The notes beneath the pieces were generated by a model. That model did no database searches, was not told the DNA's origin, and worked only from the letters and a program-made list of their open reading frames with translations. A stretch of DNA of 64,000 nucleotides from NCBI RefSeq assembly GCF_964355755.1, contig NC_092680.1, forward strand, positions 1,054,001 through 1,118,000. The letters are read 5' to 3'. Position 1 is the first letter of the stretch. Each line of letters opens with the position of its first letter. This document shows, one piece after another, positions 1 to 13,183 of this stretch. The DNA is from Antedon mediterranea (Eukaryota; Animalia; Echinodermata). A program made the position numbers and the translations under genes.

Positions 1-985
1 CCTTCCTGTACAATATTCATAATTGTTCCGGTAAGAGTATTAATGAGTTACGGCTTTACTCGGCAGCGGCGGTTTTAGCGCTCGGCGAAGGAATTTTTAC
101 TCTTTAAAAATTGTGTAAAAAAATAATCGCTTGAAATGCATCACTCTTTCATAAGAGTGACTATTCATCCTAGAGCTAGATTTGACCAATCACAAGCGAT
201 GGATTATTCGAACAGTCGGGTGTGATTGCGTCGCTGGTGGGAACCACGCTTTAAAGAAAACGTTTAGATACGAAACCAGCACTGTAAAACACTCTTAATT
301 CAAGTCGGATGAAGGATCATTATGAACAAAAAGCGGAAAAGCTGGTGGCTCCATAATAATGTGCCAATTATATTTTTCCTTGGAACATTTTTGTGTGTAT
401 ACCAGGGAAGAGTGAAATTATATAAATTGAAATTTCACTCATCTCTGGTGTATACCAATAAGTTAAAACAATTAAACCTCATAGAATTAACAGCACTTGT
501 TATTCATGACAATTCAATTTATTAATTATACCGACATACACAAAATAATATTGGGGTGTTAGTAGGCCTACATTGCAAATAAATGGCCATAATTAAATAA
601 GCAAATCTATTTGAAAAATATGTTATGAATTAATTATAACAAAATAGCTTAGAAAAAATATAAAAATAAAATACAAAATAATGGTATTGACAAAATGTCT
701 TTAAAATGTTTGAACACAGACGAGGTAGTTAATTTCGTCTGAGATATTTAATTGGTTGACATTATAAGGAGATTTAGAAAAAACACCTCGTCTGTATTCT
801 TTTTTCTAGATGATAAATTTTATTTCAAACAATTAATGGGGTTTGCTATAATATTAAATTAATTAATAAATATAATTAAATTATATTGTATACATCAAAT
901 CCCCCTTTTATAAATAATTATACTTTATCAATAAAAACGGATAATTATTATTACCATAGTAGCCTATGTAGATGCCTTTAACACA

Positions 986-1135
986 CAGTGTTTTCCAGGA
1001 GTGTTTGCTAGGAGTGTCCCCAGTGTTTGCTAGGAGTGTCCCCAGTGTTTCCTAGGTGTGTCCCCAGTGTTTGCTAGGAGTGTCCCCAGTGTTTGCTAGG
1101 AGTGTCCCCAGTGTTTGCTAGGAGTGTCCCCAGTG
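986..1135. repeat. 22-bp minisatellite (cagtgtttgctaggagtgtccc), about 6-7 copies
   Basis: Tandem copies directly visible. Confidence 0.95.
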
Positions 1136-1649
1136 CCCATAGTCATATATTGCATACATTGTACATTAAACACAGGTCATAGAATAGAACAAATTTAAAA
1201 TACTGTATCTACAGTACATATTGCTAAGCTACTGTCTTAATAATAATTATTAATTTCGTTATAATCGGCACAGTAATTGTTTTATAAAATGAAAGAATTC
1301 ATTTACTTTATATAATTGGATACTTTCATACAATTTGACTATCATGCTTAAATATTCTGTGCAAGATTTAAATTCATTGATTCTAAATTACATAATATTC
1401 TATTAGCTAAAATGTAAATTATATTATATTACAATTAACTACTTATTTTATACAACATACAGAAAGTTATTTCAAAGTCAATTGATAATAATCACATAAT
1501 TAATAATTGATGGCATAAGCATATTAATAATAACTGTATATGTTAATAATAACTGTATATGTTTGCTAAATACAATACTACAATCCCATATGCATTCTAT
1601 AATGTATACAGTCAACTCCCCAAAACCTACATTTTCTTCCAAAACTTAA

Positions 1650-1948
1650 AGATGTATTGTCCCCCAAAAACATGAAGATTAATTAAATTAGACTTTATTA
1701 TTATTATTTTGTTGTAGTTTTAATAAAGTTAATCAATTCTGTAGAAAAAAAAACGAATGTTTTCATAATAAATGGTTAAATTCAACCAAAAATCTGGTAG
1801 CCATTTTTTTGCTTTAAATTACAGTTTTCAGGTAAATCATTTTTTTTCGATTTAATTTTTGGTCAAAGTGGATAACTATTATGTGACATTAAAATGGAAT
1901 ATTCAACCAAAAAAAAATGTAAAAATTATTCAGGGGGACAATACAGCT
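1650..1948. mobile_element. Short non-autonomous TIR element (Kolobok-like MITE) downstream of the MCPH1 stop codon
   Basis: TIRs AG(A/C)TGTATTGTCCCCC at both ends, flanked by TTAA (1646-1649 and 1949-1952). TTAA target plus 5'-AG termini is typical of Kolobok. Confidence 0.75.
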
Positions 1949-2042
1949 TTAACAGAAAGCATCATGAAAACCAGTATTTTCACAAATACATACATTTTAT
2001 GCCAGTCAGTCTAATGGCGCTTGGTTTGGTATTAAAAGTTAA

Positions 2043-5000
2043 TTATAATGATGCCACAGAATAATCATGCAAAGGGCGTGTCTGTAGTTCATTAATACAA
2101 TCTGAAAAATACAACAATTTGAAATCATTAAGTTTGTTTTATTATAAAAATATTCACATTTATTTATCAATTCATATAATAAACACAAATGTGAAATATA
2201 TAATGAGGAAATAAACATTGAAAGGAAACATTACTATAGAATATCTTTTATGTAAAAATTTTCTAGAAAAGAAAAAATAACAAAATAGGCCAACAATACA
2301 AAACCTGGGGCCTCAGACATATCATGTTATGGTGAATTTATTGTTTTTGGAGTCAGGACATTTTTGATGTCGACTAAATAAATGAAAATACAAACAAAAC
2401 AGTGTCCTTAACTTTTTGCTTGCAATTTAGCAATAATATTTCAGTATATCACCGGTTGGTTTTGTTCTATGCCTAATGTGTTTATATATAATGAGGAAAT
2501 AAACACTGAAAGCCGGGAACATAACTATAGCATATCTTTTTATGTTATTCCTTAGAAAAGAAAAACAAAATAGGTCTACAATACAAGACCAAACAAACAA
2601 AACAGTGTCCTTCACTTACAGAGTATTTGCTTGTTTTCTGTACATGCATATAATATTGTAGGTGTAATGTGATCATACTAAATTGCAAACACAACTTACC
2701 ATACACCCACTTTTCATCAACCGTTTTAAGGCTACCTCGTGGTTGTGTTTTGCCGATTCCTAAGCGTGCATTTCGTGCACTGCTGCACACGTGACCTCCG
2801 CACCATTCCACAAGTTCTTGGATTCGGTCGGCTGATGCAGTGGTGTCATCACTTATAAACATAGGACTAAACGATGAGAATAGGTCTGCCCTGTATGCTC
2901 CTCCACTTGCGCAATGTTCCAGTCTTGAAAGCTGAAACAATCAATATATATATATAGTTAACAAATTAAATTATATTTGTTTTATTGATTTTAATAAATC
3001 GGTTTTAAAATCAAGAGCTGACATAAATGTAAATTAGTTTAAAATCCCATGTGTTATTCTATCACTAATAAACAGCTTTTTATGGTTACAAATTTGATGA
3101 TATAACTGACCTGCGCTGATGGATATAGTTCATGTTGTTCAAATGGTTCTTCTGGTAACCATACACCATCTTCCAGTGACTTTAATACCTGCAAAAAACA
3201 AATCAAAATATTGTACATAACAGGATAGTGGTGTTTACACGATACTGGAATTACACAGGTTAACCTAAAACCCAATACACAGGTCAGTAGCCAGCATGCG
3301 GCTGACAAGGCAGTCGCCTCGCCTGAAATTTTAAATTTTCACCTACCACCCCAATTCCCCAGCAAAGATCTTCATATTTTATATTAATAATTATATTTAA
3401 AGCATATTTGCTTCATCTGTTGTCAACCTCTCGCTTAGGCCTTAGGCAATACATACCCACTCAAGAGACAACAACCAACAGCCTCTAGCAATGGCCGCAA
3501 GTACATTTAATGTTCTTCTTTCCCGGCCTAGGATCACATGAGTTGTGGATTCACAGACTGTGTCTACAATCTCAAAATCTCCTAGCTTGCGTATAATTGA
3601 AATTACAAGCCCTTGATTACTACAAAGAAAAAAGTAATTAATTAAGTGCATTATCAAACAAAAGTTTATTAACACTTTTTTGTGTTTTTTTAATGTATAT
3701 TAATGGGATTAGGGCATGTCAGGTGGTTAGGGCATGTCAGGTGATTAGGGCATGTCAGGTGATTAGGGCATGTCAGGTGATTTGGAATGTAATGTTGAAG
3801 GCAAATAGAAAAAAAAAGGAATGCAAAAATCATGGATGTACCATAATTAAAGACACTTCATTTTCATCAAGTGATACCTATTAATATCATACAAAAGTAA
3901 ATAATAATTCTAGCTTTAAAAAAAATAATAAAGACTTTACCTACCTTTGACTTAAACTTGTCATACAAAGTGTTCTCTTTGCCTGTCAATAGAATAATAA
4001 TAGTACTAAAAGTAATAGTACTAAAATGCCTTAAATTTTTCCAAATATTATGAGGTTCATTTATCATAAAGAGTTTCTAACATCACAAAAGCTTTAATCA
4101 ACTTTACCTTCTCTTTACTTGACCCTCGTACTTGTATTCGCCCTACGTTTTTTTTGCAATGTCTTTCTTCCGACGAAGAAATTGAGTCTGAAGACGATGA
4201 TGATCCAGAGGGCAGGCTTGTTGTCTTTTTGGTTTTCCTCTGTTTCATATTTCTTCTTTTAAAGTGAAACTCTTCCACACTGTTTCCTAAACCTTTTGCT
4301 GTTACAAACACTGTAGCCTTCTTGGTTTCTGAAAATTAACAAGATCAGTAAGTCTGTATTTGCACAGATTTCTAAATTATAAATGAATTCACAAAGGAAG
4401 TTGATGTTTATATGACAAACAAAATTGATGTGCACATATATGGGCATGAAGATGTCATATCACTACCATATTTGGGCATATTACTACCATATTTTGACAC
4501 ATCACACTTTTTTTTTCAAACTAGTTTGATAGTGTAAACAGAGGCTAAAACAATAACATGTTTCCTCACCATCTTTCTTTTTCTTCAAAAGTACACCACC
4601 ATCTACTTGTTCACAAATACTGTCTGCCGAATCGGAAGCAGAAGACGCGGACGGTTCCATTAACTGTAGCGGGGGTGTTCCAAAATCATTTATTGCCAAT
4701 AGCCTTCTTTTCTTTCTCGTCTTGTTCATTTCTTTTAATGAACCGCTACTAGAACTATCATCATCGAAAATGTTTGTCAAAATTTTCTTTCCTTGTTTTG
4801 TTTTATTTCCAGAACGCTTTCTTTTTTGTGATTTTGGTTCATTCATTTCTTTTTGAATTGTGTGTTTTTTATTTGAATTGATATCATTATGAAAACTAGG
4901 ATTTTCTGACACAGCCACTCTTTTTAATTTTGATTTTGTAGAAACATTACTTGGAGTTTTATTATGATTCATCTTATTAGAGTTATCCATTTTTTTCATA

Positions 5001-8000
5001 TTGTTTTGAGATGTTGTTTCCGAGTAAAAATCAAATACGGAATCTGCACTATTTTTGCTGAACACTGGTGACAAATTCCTAGATGATTCTGAAGTGTGCC
5101 CTTCGTCATTTGTAGGTTCCTCAAAAACGAGACGAGCTACTGGTTCCTTCATCACAGAACACCTTCTTGACGACCTCCTAGTGGCCTTTGTTTGGCTCAG
5201 TCCTGAACAAGATGAACTCAAAGTTTTCCTTCGCTGGGAATTCAATTGAGATTTCAGTTTACCAGATTTCTTGTCCTGCTCTTTCAAAATGACTGTAGTA
5301 CTACTATCAGTACCAGACGTAGTTCTCTGTAATCCTGCAGTTGTCTTTGCTGGTGAGCTCCTTCCGTAGTCACTGACATCGTCAGAGGATGCAGTCGCGC
5401 TAAAGAGTCTCTTATGAAGTGGTATAGATCTTTCACCATGTACTGGTGAGTCCGGTATGTCTAGTTAAGTTATAAATAATTAGTTTTAATAAAGGTATAT
5501 ATAATTTGTTTTAAATGAAATGAATAGGCAGAGCCAACAAACTGGATATAAATAAACAACCAGGAATCTAAACTTTATTTTCAACCAAAATTGACATTTT
5601 GGACCAGCGCAGGGGTCAAAAGGAGGGTGGGTGGACAATACACCAACCAGGCAAATGTTTGCCATAATGTTGTGAAACTCTTTTATTGTGATTGACTATA
5701 GAGTGCCTAGGATGACATTTTTCTACCAATTAAGGTAGGCTGATGTGTAACATATCAAACAGAAAACAAAACAAAGGGTAATTGTTATTCCATCAATTAT
5801 TACTAAAACATATACAGTATATCTTATATCTTTAAAGGAAGAAACAAATTTCAGGCAAAATGTTTTAATGCAAGGGTTTTTTTCTTACCATCTGTTCCTG
5901 ATTTCTTTGCCCTATCTAGAGCTTCTAGGGCACATCGCATGCTGTTAGGGGTGTCAGGTGTGGAGAGTTTAGGATGAATTGCCATCTAAATTAGAAAATT
6001 ATTAATAAATAAAAAGATCTGATCTAGCACTAGGAATACAACTAGGAAGCATGTTGACAACACTATGGAAGGAATGTCAATTTTTAAGACCTGCCTGTCC
6101 CATCTTGACCATGTTTTTAATTCGCACTGCAATACATCCTATAGATGGGATTCAATGTAAGTCATTGATTCCATCTGAATGAATATATTATAATATACGA
6201 TAAAAATTAATACAAATTGTATGGACAACACTTACTGGACTAAATGGACTACCAGCAGCAAACACATAAGGTCTGTGGATAATGTCTTAAAAAAAAGAAG
6301 AAAAAAGTTATATCATTTCTGGCATAATAATAATACTATATTATAAATCCAGTGTAGGATGTATCTAACAAATCATTTCAAAAATTGTTTAATGAGATTT
6401 TAACTCAATTTTATTTAATAAAATAAAAAGTAATTCTAATTTATTTTTACAAGACAAGTAAATACAGAGATCAGCAAAAAAAACGACATTGTGGTAAAAT
6501 ACACAGCCACTGTGCAATTGGGACTGGACCGTTTTTGGAGTTGTTTACCACCTGTTGGTCCCGATACTTCATTAACAGTGTTAGTGGGAAGTTGAACAAA
6601 TAAATAAACACAAGTATGGTCATGGAGAGATTAATATTATTTACAAGTACAAATTAGTAATTATTATTACCTGCAGCTTCATCAGCTTTCCTTTTTTTTC
6701 TTTTTGCAAATTTTTCAGAACTCTTCTTAATCTGATCTTCTATCAGTTTTGGCTGCATTGATTTTAATCGCTGGAATGAAAGGATAAATTATTTTGGTTA
6801 TGGAAAGAAATAATATATTTAAAGCTCTGTCTACACTATCAAACTAGTTTGAACAAAAGTGTGATGTGCCCAAATATGGTAGTGGCATGACATCATCCTG
6901 TCCACCATCATGAATCCCACAAATTTGTTTTAAGGTCTCTATGAGATAAATTAGTATTTTCAGCAATGGTTATAAATAAATAATTAGTCTTTACCAATGA
7001 TAATTGAAATTATTAGTAAACCTTTATTACCTTAAGTCGTCCAATAATTGGTGAGCCATCATCTCCTGTTTTGACTTGAAACAAGGATTCCGCAACATGT
7101 TGCTGATTTTGTCTGCAACTATTAACAAAAATTAAATTGTTAGTTTAACTCCAAAAACAAGAAAAATATCAAAATAAAGTCAGTGATATAACTAGAAAGT
7201 CAAAATTATAATTTAATAAAAAATTTCACAACAAGAGAAAATTATACTTAAAATTATAATTATTATTTATTCAGAAAAAGATACATTTTACAAAATATGA
7301 TACAAATTAAACAAACACAACCCAAGGAGAAAATATAATATCATAGTCACTAGTTCAAGTTGCCAGGAAAGCACAAAAGCAGCCTAAGCCACTGTCACCA
7401 ATTAAGTGTGTACCTCACCAGGAAAGCACAAAAGCAGCCTAAGCCACTGTCACCAATTAAGTGTGTACCTCACCAGGAAAGCACAAAAGCAGCCTAAGCC
7501 ACTGTCACCAATTAAGTGTGTACCTCACCAGGAAAGCACAAAAGCAGCCTAAGCCACTGTCACCAATTAAGTGTGTACCTCACCAGGAAAGCACAAAAGC
7601 AGCCTAAGCCACTGTCACCAATTAAGTGTGTACCTCACCAGGAAAGCACAAAAGCAGCCTAAGCCACTGTCACCAATTAAGTGTGTACCTCACCAGGAAA
7701 GCACAAAAGCAGCCTAAGCCACTGTCACCAATTAAGTGTGTACCTCACCAGGAAAGCACAAAAGCAGCCTAAGCCACTGTCACCAATTAAGTGTGTACCT
7801 CACCAGGAAAGCACAAAAGCAGCCTAAGCCACTGTCACCAATTAAGTGTGTACCTCACCAGGAAAGCACAAAAGCAGCCTAAGCCACTGTCACCAATTAA
7901 GTGTGTACCTCACCAGGAAAGCACAAAAGCAGCCTAAGCCACTGTCACCAATTAAGTGTGTACCTCACCAGGAAAGCACAAAAGCAGCCTAAGCCACTGT

Positions 8001-9752
8001 CACCAATTAAGTGTGTACCTCACCAGGAAAGCACAAAAGCAGCCTAGCCACTGTCACCAATTAAGTGTGTACCTCACAAGGAAAGCACAAAAGCAGCCTA
8101 AGCCACTGTCACCAATTAAGTGTGTACCTCACAAGGAAAGCACAAAAGCAGCCTAAGCCACTGTCACCAATTAAGTGTGTACCTCACCAGGAAAGCACAA
8201 AAGCAGCCTAAGCCACTGTCACCAATTAAGTGTGTACCTCCAACCAGTCACTACTAAATAAGCAATACAAATAATATAAATTTAACATAGACTTAAAGTT
8301 ACTATAAATAAAATATTGGTCGCAGTCAATTGTTTTTAGGCGTTATAAAAAGATATAATCAAACGAACCTGTCAACCCACAAAACAGATAAGATGTGTAT
8401 CCCCCACTTGACAGCTCTCTCATATGTACTAGGCTTACCATCTTTCCATATAACATGCGTCACTTCTTTTGTCAATCTGTTTGAAATCTGAGACATCAAA
8501 TAATAATAATCATTACACAGTAGAAAACTCTTCACCTATTAAGAGGACACGTTGGCCATCAAATCAAATCAAATCTTTATTCGTTTCATATATACTAAAT
8601 TGTACATGGAAAAATTGTTTTCCTCGACAGAAAAATATGGTAAAACATTCATAATTAAATCATACATAGAACAAATTTACAATTTAAAAACATTAATTAA
8701 AACATCCATCAACAGTAAAACTTTAAAATATATATTGCATGTGCGCTATTATGATCTAACAATCTTTGAGTTAAAAATATGAGTTGAATTTGGTACAAAA
8801 GACAGTCGGTTTCTTGACGTATCAGCTTTAGGAGCCCGTAACCGGCCTGACTTGTCCTTAAAAAAATCTCATATGTGATCGATGTTTCTTATCTTCTAAA
8901 ATTTTACTTAATTTACTTAGGACCTGGTTTTCATAAAGATATTTTAAATCATTAACCGTACAACCAATTATATTTGATGCTATCTTAGCATTGTGTTATA
9001 ACATATATTGCCCTTTGTTCATGTCTTAGGAATGCATCTCTCTAATAGAGGAGTCTCCTGAATAGCAGTGCCAGTAAGAGAGAGAGATTCAAGTGTTGAT
9101 CTTAAGAATTAGATGTTTTATAGAAATTGTGCTGAATTATATTGAGACTTGATGACTGGAAAATAATAAAAATTATTGGAAATGAAAAGCAATGCCAAAT
9201 TATTATTGTAGATGGGATGAGAAGTGAATCTACAACCTCTTTCCATCACCCACATGCCAATGTTTAAAATAAGAAGCTTGGTCTGTGTGTGATTTCAATC
9301 TCTAATTTACAAGATACTCACATTAGCACCAAGAAGTTCAAGCTGCTTTGAGACTGCTTTCGATCGATTCTCAAATCCACATCGTACCTCCACATATGCT
9401 AACACATCTTAAACAAAACAAAAACAGAAATTAGAGGTATGCACTGGTCATATTTATTCAATTCAATTTTATTTTTATAAGATACATCATTGTGAAATAA
9501 CATGAGTTTTTTTTATTAATCAAGATTAATCTTAGTAGTTAACCACTTTGACTTATTTAGTATTAACACATAAAAGAACTTATACATGTCAATTGTAAGT
9601 TTAAAATTATTTATGTTAAGCAATAAACAAATGAATTAATGAAAAACAAGGTGATGAAAACAAGGGAAAGTAACTAAACAGATTTTACCTTTTAAAACTC
9701 TATCATCAACACTTTGAGTATCTGGTAGATAATTTTCTACATCTTCATCCAT
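2043..9752 (-). CDS. MCPH1: Microcephalin (BRCT-domain protein), 14 coding exons
   Basis: Phase-consistent GT-AG exons: 9689-9752, 9322-9407, 8369-8487, 7031-7118, 6671-6770, 6236-6285, 5889-5985, 4570-5460, 4108-4328, 3945-3982, 3457-3619, 3111-3188, 2700-2931, 2043-2101. N-terminal BRCT (DVLAYVEVRCGFENRSKAVSKQLELLGAN...VTHVIWKDG...WVD), RLKSMQPK motif, long basic/Ser-rich middle exon, then C-terminal tandem BRCT (KRTLCMTSL...[45 protein letters not shown]...EKWVYDCI). This matches the MCPH1 architecture. Confidence 0.93.
3707..3782. repeat. 18-bp minisatellite (gattagggcatgtcaggt) x4, intronic
   Basis: Tandem copies directly visible. Confidence 0.9.
7363..8240. repeat. 55-bp tandem array, 16 near-identical copies, in an MCPH1 intron
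   Basis: Unit ccaggaaagcacaaaagcagcctaagccactgtcaccaattaagtgtgtacctca repeated head-to-tail with no spacers; only a few variants, near the right end. Confidence 0.97.
8558..9000 (-). mobile_element. 5'-truncated LINE remnant (Rex/Babar- or L2-like ORF2 C-terminus with microsatellite tail)
   Basis: Minus strand reads KIASNIIG...LYENQVLSKLSKILEDKKH, then after a frameshift SGRLRAPKADTSRNRLSFVPNSTHIFN*, followed by AATAAA and a (GATTT)n tail at 8558-8581. Confidence 0.7.
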
Positions 9753-10544
9753 CACAAAAGAAATAAGTCAAATAATTGTTTTCTAAATTCTAGTGTGGGT
9801 ATAGGCCTAGAAAAAAATGAAGGTTTAGTAGGTTGATAATAATAATAGTCTACCTTTAGTAAAGTTAAGAGGCAATGAATTTCTAAACTGATCATAATTT
9901 ATGAGCCTCTTCTCTCATATGTGACTGTGTGTGTGTGTTGGTCAAGGTTGTTTTTGAATGAGGTAACACTCTTGAATTACATTTTATTAATAATTATTCG
10001 CCAACAAATATAGATTAGATAGAGTAAAGCTGAATTTATCAGTTATAAGGAGCAATCCATCCATCCATTGTTGATGCACAAAGTTTATTCAAAAAGTAAT
10101 CAATTCAATAACTAAATTAGGCCTACTAGGCTAGGCCTAAATATAATTAAAAGTATATAAAATAATATTTTATCATGACAATTATGACATATCTCATATT
10201 TATAATAATTAATATTCATAGTCACTGTAGAAAGCTTAATAAATATAATTAAGAATATTATTATTAGCCTTTTAGGCCTAGTAATTATCCTAGTACTATA
10301 GCCTAGTAGCCAAGGCCTAGATCTGTCCTAAACTAGCCTAGGCCTCCCTCTCCCTCTGACCTAGGCTAGGCCTACTACTACTAGGCCTACTATACTAGGC
10401 TAGGGAGTAGGGGCCTAGCCTAGGCCTAGCTAGGTAGACCTAGTAGGCCTACTAGCTAGGGGTAGGGGCCTAGTCTAGACCTAGCCTGGCCTACCATAGC
10501 CTAGCCTGTAGGCCTAGCTAGAGTGATGAATTATAACAAAATGT

Positions 10545-10720
10545 GTACCTTACTTATTGCAATACTTCTTCAATACAGTGGAGGGCGCGCCCAGTGGAGT
10601 GCCACACGTATGTCTATCTACATGTGATTAACGTATAAAGCGAAAGCGGTGTCTCCGCGGGCGGCGAGCAGCTAGCTGTTCAATCAAAACAACAAGTTCA
10701 TACTTGCCCAGGCCATGCCT
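10545..10720 (-). promoter_or_regulatory. Probable MCPH1 promoter / non-coding first exon
   Basis: Local CpG/GC-rich patch (ggagggcgcgcc, ccgcgggcggcg) ~0.8 kb upstream of the ATG exon. A minus-strand GTAAG donor lies near 10550, and the ATG exon itself begins after an AG acceptor. Confidence 0.45.
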
Positions 10721-10744
10721 AGCCTAGCCTCTCTCCTTTTTTAA

Positions 10745-12116
10745 AGTGGAGCTCCACCCAGAAAATTACTATTTTTCATACATTTCAACTATTATTTTAA
10801 AATATCATCCCTTATACTACATATTTTTTTGAATTTTTTTTCAATCAGTACGATTTTCTTGAAAATCACGCCTTTTTGCGTTTTGGGGGGATACCTTGTA
10901 ATTTCCTATTCTTTTACATGCAAAAGGGGGGTATATTTGAATAATCCTAAAAAATTCATTTCTTCACCAAAAAAAAAATGTAAAATGTAAATTTATGTAA
11001 TTTTTCCAGATCTTTCTATTTCTGGTATTTTTACCACGTATACATTGCGCAATTTTGCGTAAATAGACACTTTCCCCCGTTCGGGTCCAATTGGGTTTTT
11101 TATTTTGCTAGGGAGTACGATCACGTGACATTTTTCACAATCACACTACTGCAGCTGGCGATCTGTTATTTTGTCGCGATGTTATTTTTGACGGGCGAAA
11201 AGTATATTAAAACATTCTGAATGTGACCCTATTATATTTCACAGTGTAATAATGTGATTATGAGACTATTACTAAAATGTCAAATTTAACGAGATTTGAG
11301 AAAGACGTGGCTATACAGTATATTCAATAAAGCTAGGCCTAGGCCTACTAGAGTGTAGGTATGTACCGATCCTGCGTGGCCTCTAGCTAGGCTAGGCTGA
11401 CAGCAGTGAAGTTTGTTTTGCTGGCACCCGACCTTGGCCTACCCATGGGCCATGATAGGGTGCCTGAATAGTTGCTTTTCAGTCAGGTCTAAGCTTGCAC
11501 ATCGCTTTACTACTCTTGTTCTGTATACTATAGGATTTTGTGTTTCACAATTCTTAATGTGTGAGAAAACCCAGGAACGATAAATGGGGCGAAACGACCA
11601 TGCCTATGAATACATAGGCCTCTAGACAAAAATTCAAGGCTAGCTAGGCTGAGCACACGGCTGAGCTAGGCCTAGCCCTAGCTTAAAGTTAAAAGCAATC
11701 TGATAAGATTATTATGCTGTTGTTGTACAGTGAAAATCATGAGGTTACATGTAAATTATACTGACATTCTTATCGGAAATATTACTTAGGCCTAAACAAA
11801 TCGTATTAATTGTGTGTATAAAATATTTTTCGACACATAATTTACCCAAGGGGAGACCTTTCATCAATGCGTTGAACGGCGACTAAAACGCGTCAGTCGC
11901 TAAGTGTAACGCGTTTTGCGACGTATTGTAAACTAATAACCCCTAAGTTACTGAAAAACTGTAATGTGTTAAAAAACACTATTTTCTGACCGATTTTTTA
12001 GAAATGAGTTTTTGGAAAATATTTCCGTATTTTTCCTGTTTTTTTTTATGTAATCACTTTCAATTAAACATACTTAAACATAATATAAGCTGAGAAAGTC
12101 TGAGTGTAGCTCCACT
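10745..12116. mobile_element. 1.37-kb non-autonomous Kolobok-like DNA transposon
   Basis: TIR AGTGGAGCT(C/A)CAC(C/T)CAGA at both ends, TTAA at 10741-10744 and 12117-12120, no long ORF. Confidence 0.8.
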
Positions 12117-13183
12117 TTAAAACTAGCCGCCAATAAACAGAGGGCGCAGTATACTGAAATAGCTCAGAGCCATTATATATATATGGCTCTGAAATAGCTA
12201 ACGCAACCAAAAAATGGATCAAAAATGCAGAAAGGTGTAATATAAATTTGTTTATTTTGTCATTTATAAGTAAAATAATTATTTGTTTTCTACACAGAAG
12301 TGGATGAATTTATTAAAATTGCTAATTGCCTATATTGAATGTTTTATTTTATATTCGTAAAATGTATTTTTAATACGGTAATATGATGGCATATTAATAT
12401 TACCCAGTATAATTGATTTAATTTGTGAAAATTACAACCTGCTGATAAACAGAAATACCAACAAAACGAATTTGACGCAGCCACTTATCATAACTAATTA
12501 AGAGGGCCCCTTGATTGTCAGACTCTGTTTAGTGTCACCCTCTATATAATAATATCCTGGATTTAAATAGCGCATATATAAGCAAGCTCTCAATGCACTG
12601 CAACATTATTACCCCAGTCTGGATCAAACGCGTATGGAAACATACTGCCATAATGCAGTTAGTAATCAGCGCAAAGTTGTGTCTTGATCTAACCGGGTAC
12701 CCATTTATACATGGTGAAATAAAAATACTGCATTTTCAATATACACTAATAATAAAAAGAATACAGAGCCAACTCAATCATTAGTGTTATCAATCCAGCT
12801 TTTTAATTTACACTCTTAAGTCATCAACATTAAAGATACATTCTATTTTCAGGTAAATTCTAATTCTCTGCGAGTAAAGAAATACTAAATTGCCGTTAAA
12901 TTCCAGATGAAACCAGTCATTATTCAACTTGTGTCCTCCACGCTAGGCAAATATAACCCAGTTGTGACATACAAATAGATTTTTTTCAGTAGTAATAATA
13001 TTTATTATATTTTCTGCATAATCTGTCAATATTCAATTATAGATGAACTAAAGCAGTGCTGGATGATAAACGATAACATTATAACTCTGATTTATTTTCT
13101 GAAAGTTCATATTGATTTCATTCCACCGACCACACATAAAAACAGCAAAAGAAGAGATTAGGGAAGAAAGATTAATCGGTCAA

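Noticed and set aside
3842-3877. Candidate MCPH1 exon VSLDENEVSLIM
   Set aside because: Its phase does not fit the next exon; exon 3945-3982 supplies the expected RTLCMTSL motif in the correct phase.
7363-8240. Possible CRISPR array
   Set aside because: No unique spacers, no cas genes, and it lies in a eukaryotic intron.
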